Assembly: GCA_003971905.1 (NCBI GenBank)
Contig: RSEE01000127.1
Location: forward strand, 124,001-171,042
Reading direction: 5' to 3'
From: Moniliella sp. 'wahieum'
Lineage: Eukaryota
Length of the DNA stretch: 47,042 bases
Part shown: piece after piece, positions 1 to 14,017 of the stretch
Layout of the letters: each line of letters opens with the position of its first letter
Position numbering within the stretch: position 1 is the stretch's first letter
Program-made: the position numbers and the translations under genes
The notes under the pieces: model-generated
Databases searched by the model: none
The model's input: the letters and a program-made list of their open reading frames with translations, nothing else
Told to the model about the DNA's origin: nothing

Positions 1-1738
1 ATATGTCGCTGGCAACCGGAACTGGCTACAGATTTCCGCGACTCGCGCACTCTGGATTAGTTACCGTCGCTCCTCGTTACCCTCCTTTCTATTCTCCCTA
101 TTGTATTCAAGGCGGAGTATATAGCGGCAGGCGCCAGCGCGTCAGTAGCTTACAAGAAGCCATCCCTGACTGTTTCCACCCTGCACAGGGTTGAGTTTTA
201 ATGAAGACAAGGTCTATAGAGATGGAGAAAGAGGGAGAAGGTGATGGATCTATTGCAAAAGCGAGGAGCCCGCCGCTGGGGGCACAGAACGTAGGGGAGA
301 TCGGATAGAACAACGCGATGCGTGGTGTGATCAGCTGCATGAATGATGGCGCTGACAGTAGCTTCCTGTTCTCTCTTTTCTGTTCTCTGCCTGCTTCTGG
401 CGCTTTTTATCCTTGTCATGCATGTCAACAGTACTGTTTTTGCCATGTTTTCAAACGACAACAATAACTTGGTTACGTAGGTACTAGTCCGCAGTCAGTG
501 CATTCTATGCTAGGTGCACGAAAGGTTTACCCGGTAGTACGTTTGACGATTCTGATGGAAACAAGTTGCATGGGAAGTATCTCTATATTGCTCACGCGCT
601 CACACCGATCTCTTGGGCCTTACTCGGGGTTGCTGCTTCTCTTCGCCTAGCGAAGTACGGAATACGTCCATCTCAAATGCTGTGGGAAGCCAGGCCGGGA
701 TCGGCCATACGATCAGTCACCAGTTCACCCATGGGCCACCGGGAGGTGTGATGGTCACCAGTGCGGTCACTGTCACCGATCATTTGGTACTTAGATCTTA
801 GAGCTTAGCCTACACGCTTAGTCCGTTTTACGTTTAGTACGTCGAACTTCAAGCTTCAAGCTCCAAGCGAGCTCCTATTAGGGATGCATGTGATGTGTGA
901 GTGTGACTACTGGCTTAGTCACTGTGCATGTGACTTGTCGCCGCGTCTGCCGCCCAGATCAGCCAGCGCTCAGCTAATAGTCTCGTATGGCATCGCTAAT
1001 AACCTGCTCACCGAGTAGCGACCGGCGACCGGCGGACACGCTACTAATATTCAGTCTGAATACCCCGTACTCGGAACTCGGTGTCCCTCGGCACGTTTCG
1101 TTCTCTCGCCGTGCTCGGCGATCAGGCGCTTCAGGCTGAGTAAGCTAGTAACGGACTGCCCAGCCCCGGGCCTCAGGGCCTGCTTGAAGCATGCGGAACC
1201 CGTACAGCGAACTTCGGGCTTTCGCATACCGTGGCTTCCGTGTAACGTACACCGTTTCCCGGCTATCGTTTTTACCCCCACTTACCGGCTTCCGTTCTGT
1301 ACTAGTCATTGGAGTAACAAACTTTCGGCCTTAATAGGCCGTACTGGCAGTTACCCAGTTACCGGTTACCGGTTACCGAAAAAATGGATGCGGGACGGAC
1401 GCAAGTACTTATGTATCTCAATGTAAACACTGGAAACATGTAAACGTTAAACGTACACATATGGTGTACGTGGCTCTGTAAAAACCGAGCGGGTATAAGT
1501 GCAAGTGAGTCGAACGCGGGGGAGTCGCGGCCCCAGAGGCTGGCGGCAGCCAGACGAACGCGACACATCACCATCAACAGCCGCCATGTTGTAGTCCCCA
1601 CCTCGCCCGGCCCCTTCATCGGTTACTAAGATCTTAGGCCTCACTTTCGTCCCCACACCTCGTCTTCGCACCCCACCATATCCTCCGTGTCCGTCACCGC
1701 GTCACCTCTTATCCAGTCTTCTTCAACGTTGTTGACCG

Positions 1739-3111
1739 ATGGATATGAAACCTACCGCACAAAACAGCGCAACCACTCCACCCAGTGCCGTCGTAGGTGG
1801 AGGTCTAAGGCGCCCAAGTTTTCGGCAGTTGTCGCCTCGAGAAGGAGTGGGCAGGGTCGTTTTCCCCCTACCTCGACGTCAGTCGGCGCCGGAGGGAGAA
1901 AACATGAATGACCCCACCCTGCCAACCGTCCCAATCTCCCCGTGACTGAAGCAAGTCATCCACGGTCCAGCGGGGGACGCCTCCGCCGTCGGATGTCGTC
2001 TCTTTTCCTGCGCAAAAGGACCACTTCATTTACTGCCCCAGCTCCCTCTCCTTCGGATACTTCCCCGACATCAACGTTGCTCACCAACGCATATTACCGC
2101 GCTCCACGATCGACCAAATCCAATCCTGCACTCTTTGCCGAATTCAACAAAGGCGCATCCACTTCTTTTCTGGAAGTCGAGCCCTTATGGGACGATGCAG
2201 GGCTACCTCCCACTTCTCTTACACCCGCATCTGCTACATCCATTACATCCAAAGGAACAAAAAGTAAGCGAGGACCGGTCAAGGCGACGGGCCTTCCGTT
2301 CCGGCCAGCACCTCCGATGCCACCTCCAAAGCACCACCACATGCCAAACGTCTACCCGTCCTGCATAAGACCTCGTCAATGCCTCTTTTACAGCGCAGAA
2401 AGCCTCATATGCTCAACAGGATTGTTACTTCTGTCCCACCGCAGGAGGTCACCACGCCTCCCATCGTTTCCTACCGCCTTTTCCAACCCCCACTTCATCT
2501 CCTAATGCGCCAGTGTATGTGTCAGGGACTGGGTCTGATATCAAAGATCCACTTCTCTCGCCTTACTCACTCGGCCCGTCAAGCATGGGTTCAGGCAATC
2601 CCTTTTCAACAGGGTCGACCCATATGCCACGCTCGACCCCCGTCGAGCCATCTCAGCAGGGCGGCGGGAAAGGAAAGCCTCTTAATCGACGCCAGTCTCT
2701 CCACAATTTGTTCTCAGCAGGACGATCGTTGTTAAACCCACCACCTACCACCCTTGTACAACACCCCAACCCCCACCTGCACCAGTATCCAAGCGTCCTA
2801 AACCGAAGCCAGCCCCTCTCCAACCATTTACAAGGCTCAACGCGGACCAGGGCGGTCGTACTGCCCTTGCATCTGTGCCCTCACCCAACATTCGTCACTT
2901 TCCTCGAACGCCCCTCATTGTACCCCCCGCGATGCCTCCTCCAACAGGCCCTCTCCCACCTCTTCCCTCCCCCACATTGGCCGCTAAACCACTGTCGTTG
3001 GCAGGGAGGTCGTCCCCAGTTACCAACCTTGGGCGGAAGACCTTCGCTACCGGCAGCAATGCAAGTCGGACGGAGAGGGGCACTCTAATAGCGTTTTCGG
3101 ATGAGGCTTGA
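1739..3111 (+). CDS. Hypothetical Ser/Pro/Thr-rich, probably disordered protein (broken by frameshifts)
   Basis: Abutting or overlapping + ORFs 1739-1945, 1942-2505, 2513-3088 and 2875-3111 have continuous low-complexity composition (MDMKPTAQNS..., RRRMSSLFLRKR, RRQSLHNLFS, PPAMPPPTGPLPPLPSP). No domain recognised. Boundaries approximate. Confidence 0.5.
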
Positions 3112-3329
3112 TACGCTTGACACGCTTGACTAGGACTAGCATTCAGATGCGCTACATCATTTTCTACAACGACGCTTACATCCTAATCCAGACCAGACCT
3201 CATCTCTGACTGCTATACAGAGACTGAAGCTGCCGTACGCTCTTATGGTTGAAGACAATTATAGTTGGAGCCGAGCTCCCCAAACGGACTGGATCCAAAC
3301 CCATCAGGCGTTAGTTGGTGTAAAGGTTT

Positions 3330-3990
3330 ACGGCAAAGAGGTATCGGTTTGGTCAAAGGGTATTTGGCATGTGTGAGCGGTGAACGCAGTTGGCTGTGCA
3401 TTGTAGTTCGCCATCCTGGTTAGGGTGTACGCGGACAGCACGCTATGCGAGAAGAGGTAGACGTTGGTAATCCGGAAAGATGTGGGCAGCTGGGGCGGCC
3501 ACGTACGTGCCGTTGCGCCCACATATAGTATCGAACAGGCAGGAATTGACCCACGGTATCGGTGTAATGGCGATCGATGGTGGTGGTTGATCTCAACCGT
3601 TGAGCCTCAACTTGAGGTCAAAACCTCGTCGCATATCCGGAAGAGCCAAGGGTTGGAACAGAGGGATGAGATGCACACGTACGAGACTTTGGGGGGAACA
3701 GGGTCAAAAGGAGTAGGGGCCTTGAATTGGGTACACGCGGCCGAAGGTCCCAAACTGCCCTGGTCAAGCTGTTATTGGAGGAGTCTCTGATTTTAGCCAG
3801 AGCAAATTCCAGGTGTGTGGATCACGAGGTGTATACCCTCTCTGGGCGATTTCGAGCCCCGCGACTGCAGCACAGACGAGAGGGAGTGGAGCGAGTGGGC
3901 GGGTGGGTGCAGACCAACATCACTGATTTTCCGATCCCAACAGTTCGTTAGGGCTGGGAACCGCATGAGGGTGGACAAAGCTGAGGGGGC
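3330..3990 (-). pseudogene. Possible decayed protein-kinase-like (PKL fold) fragment
   Basis: The minus strand at ~3870-3740 reads LVCAAVAGLEIAQRGYTPRDPHTWNLLWLK (DxHxxN-type catalytic loop). It is followed by GTTTGGGACCTTCGGCCGC, which gives VWDFGR if one C is removed. In-frame stops are present. Confidence 0.3.
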
Positions 3991-5078
3991 CGAAGGGGGC
4001 CGAAGGGGGCCTGAGGCCTGGCCTCAGCCCCAGGTCAAGTAGATCTATGTGAAAGATCTGGGACGGGTGTAAGCGCATGGCGCTTGTGGGGCTGACAACC
4101 TGTAGCAGGAGGGAAAATGCGGTGAGCTCAATATTCGATGACCTCACCACGAACCCCCATTGCACAACAGTGTGGGCTGCCGCTCACAGTTCCTCTCAAT
4201 ACATTATGCTGGCACTCACACATACATGACGCTTGAAGATGAACTGATGCTAGAGTATGCCTCTGGAGCAGATTTGGGTGCGGGTCTCATGCTGAGCTCA
4301 ACTTCAGATCTGCGGATGGAAAGCTCTGCGAAGTGGGAGATCGATGAGCGCGGAGGGGAGGAGCCGGGAGGACATATTCAGTGGGAGAGACAGGTGACCA
4401 TAGTAAGTGACTGTAGACATCCGCAGACAAGGCGGGTGTGATCCATGTGAAGGCTGCTGCGAACTGGTGGGGCTGAGCGCTGATGCGCCGATGGGTGGGG
4501 ATCAGCGACTGGTACGGCAGCCACAGGGAGGATGGGGGCCAACATGTCAGCCTGGGTCAATCCTCAGAGTCAACATCAGCTCAATCCCAAGACGGTAAGC
4601 AATCCCCCCCGTCGTGCAGGGGAGCGCGACGAGAGCGGCGCATGTCACAGGGTGAAGATAGACTCAAGCCGATGCCAAGCACTGTGCCTTGCGTGGATCT
4701 GGTACAGGGCGAGCGTCGACGGGCGATCTGGAGGATGGGGCTGGGCGCGAGCCCAGAAGGCAGACGAGGTGATTGGTTTCTGCCGTCGGTGGTTGCCGGT
4801 GCAAAAAAGCTGAACGATGAAAGTTGGCTGGATCGATCGATGACCTGTGACCGGTGACTGCGGCCGTGAGGGCACGGACCAGAGCGACTGGCGCCGTGCG
4901 GAGGCGGCGCGGGCAGCGTGGGACAGGTGTGCTGCCTAAGCGTCTACTTTAACTTGCTGGTTGCGAACACGCCGCCGCAGCTGGCACGGGGGCAGTGTCG
5001 GCATGGGCTGGCTGGACCCAGCAGGGTGGCCCAAGCGCAGAATGCGTTTCGAGCCAGGAAGCCTGGCTCATGGCTCGT

Positions 5079-5151
5079 TGACGTAACCGCCCCAAATCTT
5101 CCAACACTGGCCGCGTGCTGCCTGGCTGGGGCGAGGCGACGCTTTTATAAA
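5079..5151 (+). promoter_or_regulatory. GPD1 promoter: CRE/ATF-like site and TATA box
   Basis: TGACGTAA at 5079-5086 and TATAAA at 5146-5151, about 190 and 120 bp upstream of the ATG at 5269. Confidence 0.45.
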
Positions 5152-5268
5152 CCCGCCTCGGCCTCACGGCTGAGCCTCAGCTGCCGCCTTCTTGCACCCT
5201 ACCCTCCCGCTTCCCTACGCAACCCGGCCTCTCCTTGCTCTACTCCCCCTCGTCCGTCCGCCCTCGCC

Positions 5269-6396
5269 ATGTCAGTCCCGTCCAACAAGCAGTTCAAGGT
5301 CGCCATCATTGGCTCCGGCAACTGGTACGTCGCCACATCCCCTCTCCTTGCCCCCGCCAAGGCCTCAGGCGCCGCGATGCTGACTGGCCCTCGGCGTGAT
5401 TAGGGGCAGCGCCATTGCCAAGATCATTGGCGAAAATGTCCGCAAGTTCCCTGATCTGTTCCAGGAGCGCGTCTGGATGTATGTGTACGAGGAGAAGATT
5501 GATGGCCGCACCTTGACTTCGATTATTAACGAAGATCACGAGAACGTCAAGTACCTTCCTGGTGTCAAGCTTCCCGACAATGTCTACGCTTGCCCTGATC
5601 CCGTCGAGACTGCCAAAGACGCCAACTTGCTCGTCTTTGTCACCCTCACCAGTTCATTGACGGCATCTGCAAGAAGCTCAAGGGCCACATTGCCCCGCAC
5701 GCCCACGCCATCTCCATGATCAAGGGTGTGGAGGTGGAAACGACTCACATCCGTGTCTTTGCCGATGTGATTGAGGAGTACCTTGGATGCAAGTGCTCGG
5801 CCCTTTCGGGCGCCAACATTGCTAACGAAGTGGCTCGTGGCAAGTTCTCCGAGACGACCATTGGCTACCGTGAAGGTCAGCGAGCCTGGGCCGAGCTCTT
5901 CCACAAACTATTTGAGACGGCCAAGTTCCGCGTTGGTCTGGTCGAGGACGTGTACGGTGTTTCGCTCGGTGGCGCTCTAAAGAACGTGGTGGCGATTGCT
6001 GCTGGTCTGGTCGATGGCCTCGGTTGGGGCGAGAACGCCAAGGCTGCCATTATGCGCATTGGCCTGATTGAGATGAAGAACTTTGCCCAGGAATTCTTCC
6101 CTGTCAAGTCGGAGACGTTTACGGAAACCTCGGCTGGTGTGGCTGATCTGATCACCACCTGCTACGGTGGCCGTAACCGTCGCGTTGCCGAGGCGTTCGT
6201 CAAGACTGGCAAGTCGTTTGACGAGCTTGAAGCTGAACTCCTCAACGGTCAGAAGCTCCAGGGCACTGTCACGGCCAAGGAGATTCATCTCTTCCTTGCT
6301 GCTCGTGGGCGGACGCAGGACTACCCTCTGTTCACCGAGGTGTACGAGGTGGCGTACAATGGTCGTCCTGCTGAAACGTTGACGGAGACACTGTAG
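5269..6396 (+). CDS. GPD1: NAD-dependent glycerol-3-phosphate dehydrogenase
   Basis: [16 protein letters not shown] (Rossmann motif), [46 protein letters not shown] and LLNGQKLQG. Intron 5325-5403 (GTACGT..GCTGAC..TAG). One apparent missing C near 5643 (FVTPHQF). Stop TAG at 6394-6396. Confidence 0.97.
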
Positions 6397-7296
6397 ACTA
6401 CCTTTTCAGATCGTTTGCATCAGCCTGCCAAAGCCGAAGGACCAGTAATATATTCGGCCTCTCTGCTTCCCGCGTGTACTTATTACCCGTTCCTCCATCT
6501 GCACCGGCCCGATACGGGATCCCGGGAAATGCTACGCAACTCCATTTTGAACTCAACGTCCTGTCATTCAATCAATACGTCTCTTCCTATTACCTTGGTT
6601 ACAACGACGACGAGCCCGGCGAAGACAGTTTGATATAGATCCCTCGGAGATACACAGTGATGGAAGTTTAACGTTCAACGTTAAATGTTAACGCCCCACA
6701 TGCGGTGCAGCCAAAAATAGGCTTTTGGGTGGATTACCGTTGCCTTTGCAAAGGCAGGAGGAAGACATGTGGAGTCATGAGGTGGCAAAACGTGCTTTCT
6801 TGCTGGGCGCTGAGGCGCTGAGGTCCGGTAGGCCTGCTTTGTGACTAGTGTCTGAAGTGGCTGAACGACAATCAGACCATTAGTGATCAAACCTTGCTAC
6901 TATGATCACGATCTTTCCACGCCGGACAAACAATACAGGTTGTAAAGGGAGTGCTGTGCTGTTCCATCCGATTTGGCAACAGCCACAAGATCCGATTTGC
7001 TGGCGATATCAAATGTCTACAAGCAAAACGCAGGAGCACGATGGGCGCGCCACTCCTGACAAAAGTACTCGAAGAAGTGGGCAGGGAATGAACGAACGCT
7101 ATAGCCAACTAGCGTTCCCTTGCTGCCTGCCGTGCGTGGTCATGTAAGTTGGTCAACCTCGCATTGAACGCTGAAAAGCTTGAAGCTTAAGCCCTGAAGC
7201 GCTGCAGCCTGAAGGAATTATTGATCAGACGGAATCAGACCCTGAGAACTTGGCCTTGCGCAGCCGATTGACTGTGGACAGATGATGGGTTAGCAG

Positions 7297-9606
7297 TTAG
7301 CATTCGGCACGCCGAGCTTCAAGCAAATCAGTACCCCAGTACGTACGCAAGGCTACAAGGTGCATGGGCTGGGGCATAACCAAAAACGGATCGGTTCGAT
7401 CCTCTGCCAAGACGGCAACAGCGGGACGACGAGCATCGGATGGGCTAGCCACATCCGTTGTGACTGCATTCAAAGCATCGTACACGGCTGTCATGGACAT
7501 TTGCCCTGATGGATGACCAACATGACGCAGCAGTTCCGCCAACGCACGTACTTGGCCCTCGGCGATCAACCCCCCACATCCGTCAAGTCAACAGTCGAGG
7601 TTCCATGAAGTATGGAGGACGTCCCCTTGGGCTGGACCTTAGCGCCTCCCCAAGCCGAAGGCGTGGAGAGGGTACGGCCCTTGGGCAGACGGAACGGCTG
7701 TTGCGGTTTGGTCCGCTCGGGCAAAGGAAGGGATTGAGCTTTGCTTGTCACATCATGAGGCTGGTAATCTAGCAACATCACCACCCGATCCGCTTCAGCG
7801 AGGAAGGCAGATGAAGAGCCAGCGACAATGACAATTGCTGCCCCATTTGGGATGCTAGGGTACGCACATGCGCCACGAGCGGGTGATGGTTTCCTGGGCA
7901 CCAAGGAGGCCATCGTTCCGTCTCGCGAAAGCCAATTGGCAGCACAGGTGTCCTCGTCAACGAGCAGCAGAGGGTGATCCCGCTCCGTTTCGCTGCGTCG
8001 AGGTGCATCCCCATGCCTCGAGGGCCTCACCAACGCAGCAGCGGACGAGGTGGAACCGCTGGCACCGAAGTGGAAAGACAACTCGTGTCGTGCTTCCCTG
8101 GAAGATGGTTGAAGAAACTGGAAACGTCCAGTGCATGGAGAGGACGACCATCTTCTGAACGAACAAGGCAGTATGTGTGAGCTGACTACCTGTTCTCTCC
8201 CATCGCCTGGAATATGGTTGTAACAGCCCGTGCTGAGTGCCCCCAGGAGCGTCGATTTTCCATGGAACCGGGCCCGACAAGGGCAGTGACTGTACCCTGC
8301 TTAAAAGCGAGTCCTTTGAGTCTGCCTCGCCAGGCAAGGCGATGGATGTCGTTGCAACCTCTGGTGCGGTGAAATGGATCGCACCTTGTTCTGGGGGTAG
8401 AGGGCGCATCATCTCCAGCCCTCCGAGCCAACAGGGAGCCATTGGCAATAAATGCTGCAAAGCCCTGGGAGACGATAGTGTGACGAAAGAAGGCTTGGCG
8501 AACAGTTGAGACAATATGCGCTTTGGTGTTCTGCCTCGTGCGAAGATTGAGGGAGTAAAGACCGGCCCAATACATCAAACACGGTAGTCAATAGCTTGAC
8601 TGCGTTGGTCCCCACAATCGTCCTCCCCCTTGCCGGTAGGTTCACAGCCATGCGCACTACCACCACGCGGTCCAGCCTCGGTATCCTCAATGGTCACCAC
8701 GCTGCGGGACACAATCTGCTGCAGAGGTGGTGGCACGATTACAAAGCCAAGAAATCGGGCAGAGTGATGGCCTTGTGCCTGTTGTTCGCCCACGTGGCTT
8801 GTTTGAGGATCTGGTCGCCTCACACGCGTCGTACAAGCCGATGCAAGTAGTCCGCAAACGCTTCCCGTACAACTGGACGAGACAAATCCAGACGCGCTAT
8901 ACATCTCGGCTGCACTGCGCGTCCAAGCTTCCAGCTGCCATCCGATGCGCAGGCGACGCCAAGACTTCGATCGTGCCCGGCTGGGCATATGGGTCGGACT
9001 GGATCCAGGCAAAACGCAATTGCAGCCTGGCCACCCCGGATGGGACAGAAGCGGTAGAAACCGAATGCGTAAACACTTGTTCAGCAGAGCCTTATAGGCA
9101 GGGTAAGATCGGCCTTCCAAGCGCTCAAGCATATCGAGCAGGTCGCCGGACGTGGCGCCCCCGTTGGCCGATCCAGCTTGCTAAGAACTTGGTTCGAGCG
9201 AGCCCCCCTGCACCCGGATAGCAACTCGGACGCAAGATCTCCCATCCCAAATTGAGGCGATGCGAGCTCAGCAACGTCCGACATGGACACATCCCGCGTA
9301 CTGTGCCCGTCGAACCCGCCGTACTACCATGGCCACCGCGACCTCCTCGACCACCGCGACCGCCCCTACCGCCGCGACCGCCACGACCGCCAGACCGCCA
9401 CGCACGCCGCCATGCCCACCATGCGCCATCCCGCCGAGGGAATTACCCCATCCGCCCGAGCTGGCCATCCTAGCAAAGTCTTGGCCCGCTGCACGTAGAG
9501 TGGGCGTGCTTCGCATCGGTGGCTCTGCAAAAGGACCCGGGCCAGTTGGTTGAGTCGCCGCTGGTGGCAACGCCAACAGGAGAAGAAATATAGCGATCGG
9601 CGTCAT
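7297..9606 (-). CDS. ABC-class ATPase, COG3044/PF09818 family (trypanosome MRB1590-like), with an N-terminal RGG box
   Basis: Family-typical motifs in order across frames: LERLEGRSYPAYKAL, VNLPARGRTIVG, AFIANGSLLARRAG, Walker A VTALVGPGFHGKSTLL (~8290-8245, one T missing), ASGSTS, Walker B LLLVDEDTCA, IVAGSSSAFLAEADRVVMLLDYQP, and EGQVRALAELL. (RGG)6 at ~9335-9390. Start is either 9468 (MASSGG) or 9606 (MTPIAIFLLLL). Many frameshifts. Confidence 0.85.
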
Positions 9607-10439
9607 CCATCGCTCATCCATTTCATCGCTTCGCTCACTCAGCCGCTGAGTCAGGCCCAGTGACGTCACACGTCACTGGTGACTATCATTGGTCACATGA
9701 CCACATGACCGGTGATCGCTGACCGCTGACCAAGCTGACCCTCAGGCCGCCTCATGCGCCTTCAAATCGCAGCACCAGTTTCCCTCGTCAAGTTCCTACT
9801 ACTCCTTAGAGTGGGCTCCTTGTCAAGAGAAGTGTCCAGGGCACGATGGACTGGATGAAAACACTTCACCTGGTCTTAAGTGTGGCCTTACTCGGTTGAA
9901 GGTTCAACTGAACGGTCAGCAGATCCAGAATTCGTGCCTTTGTCGATACATCCACACCTTGAAGCTCTGTAATGATAGGAATGCAGCAACATAGCCTTTG
10001 TACAATAACTAGAGAAACAGTTACTTATCTATCGCATCCAGTGCTTGGCAGCCTGGGCTGCAGCCCACGACGTACCACCGGGACAGTGCCATGTTACAGG
10101 GGTTGGACGGACGGAGTACGAGTAGTACTGACCGCTCAACCCAGCACATTTGGCGGACTGATGTGTTGAGGCTCAGAGCTCGCTTAGACTCTTGAATTTG
10201 AGCTCTCAAGCTTCAAGTGTCAAACGTCAAGCTTCAAGCGCCAATCCGTGGACTTGAACCTTGAAAACTTGCTTCATGTATCCCTTTGAGCATGCGAAGA
10301 TGCACATCGTAAAGCATAACAGGCAACCCAGCCACCCTCCTTTCTTCTCGCTCGGCGTCCATAGGCGGCAATCCGATCCACCCAACACGCATCCACACCA
10401 CCTGTTGGCGCCCCAAACATGCTAGGGGTGACCATCAGT

Positions 10440-12898
<2,459 letters not shown>

Positions 12899-13308
12899 GG
12901 GGGAGTGGTGGGTGGCGGGCGGGAGGAGGGCGGCGGACGGTGTGGGTGCGGGTGGCGCTGATGCCGGATGGGTGCGGTGGTGGCGCGGCGGCTGATAAAC
13001 GCTTAGTCTGCCTGAATCAGCGCGCAGCAGCGCTGGCACACATCACACATCACACATGTGGCATGCACACTGACGTCACATGTCACGTGTCCACATCACA
13101 TGTCATCGAATCCTGCGTCTGAACGCTAGGGCTAAAGTAAACCTTGAGCTTGAATATTGAATGGTCAATTGGCGGAATCGCATGCGTTCCGCGCGCTGGC
13201 TTCAGGGGAGAGGGCTGGCGCGAGGGCAGTGGGGTGCGGACGTGGGCGCCATCGCTTGCCCACATCGCTTAGCGACCTGCGCGCCACAGGCAGCACGGGT
13301 GGCCCAGC

Positions 13309-14017
13309 ATGCAGCTCATCCGGTACGTGCGCGTCGTCTGCTCAGCCGCCTCGTTTGTTCCCCGCTGACCGCGCGTTGTTCTGCTCGGCGCAGCTTCTTG
13401 ATGAAGCTCAACAATGAGACGGTCACCATCGAGCTCAAAAACGGCACGGTCGTCCATGGCACAGTTACTGGTGCGTGCGCCCTCTGCCGTGTTCTCCATT
13501 TTCTCCTAGTCCTTCTCTTCTCCTGACCCCCTAACCCCCTCCCCATGCTACTTCGCAGGCGTCGATGTCAAGATGAACACCCATCTCAAGACAGTCAAGA
13601 TGACCGTCAAAGGTCAGGAACCCCAATCCCTCGACTCGCTCTCCATCCGCGGCAGTACGGTCCGGTACTGGATTCTTCCCGACTCGCTTCCGCTCGATAG
13701 CTCCTGGTCGATGACACGCCCAAGTCCAAGGCTCGCCGCCGCGATACTGCCAAGAAGGCTGATCGCGGTCGCGGAAGGGGTCGTGGTCGTGGCCGTGGGC
13801 GCGGGAGGTAAGTCCTGCTGGCTGGCCATCGGGATGCGCAAAGCGCCATATTATTACCCTGTCGCCAGATGCGTACCGGAGGGATGGGTACGTCCAAAAT
13901 CGCTTCCCGCGTCGAGCAGTCGGTCCTAGGCAGAATGGATGTCCAATGACGGTGCGGCAAGTGGTCACCGCGGTCACAGGTTCCACCTCGCGCCATGCCG
14001 GTCTGGAACTCTCTAGC
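13309..14017 (+). CDS. SMD1: Small nuclear ribonucleoprotein Sm D1
   Basis: [46 protein letters not shown]...[20 protein letters not shown], then a C-terminal RG-dipeptide tail. Introns 13323-13393, 13471-13558 and 13808-13868, possibly a fourth. One apparent missing C near 13700. The 3' end is approximate. Confidence 0.95.

Noticed and set aside
7297..9606. ABC transporter or bacterial contaminant
   Set aside because: There is no transporter membrane domain or operon context, the gene is flanked by intron-containing fungal genes, and it has a eukaryote-style RGG extension.
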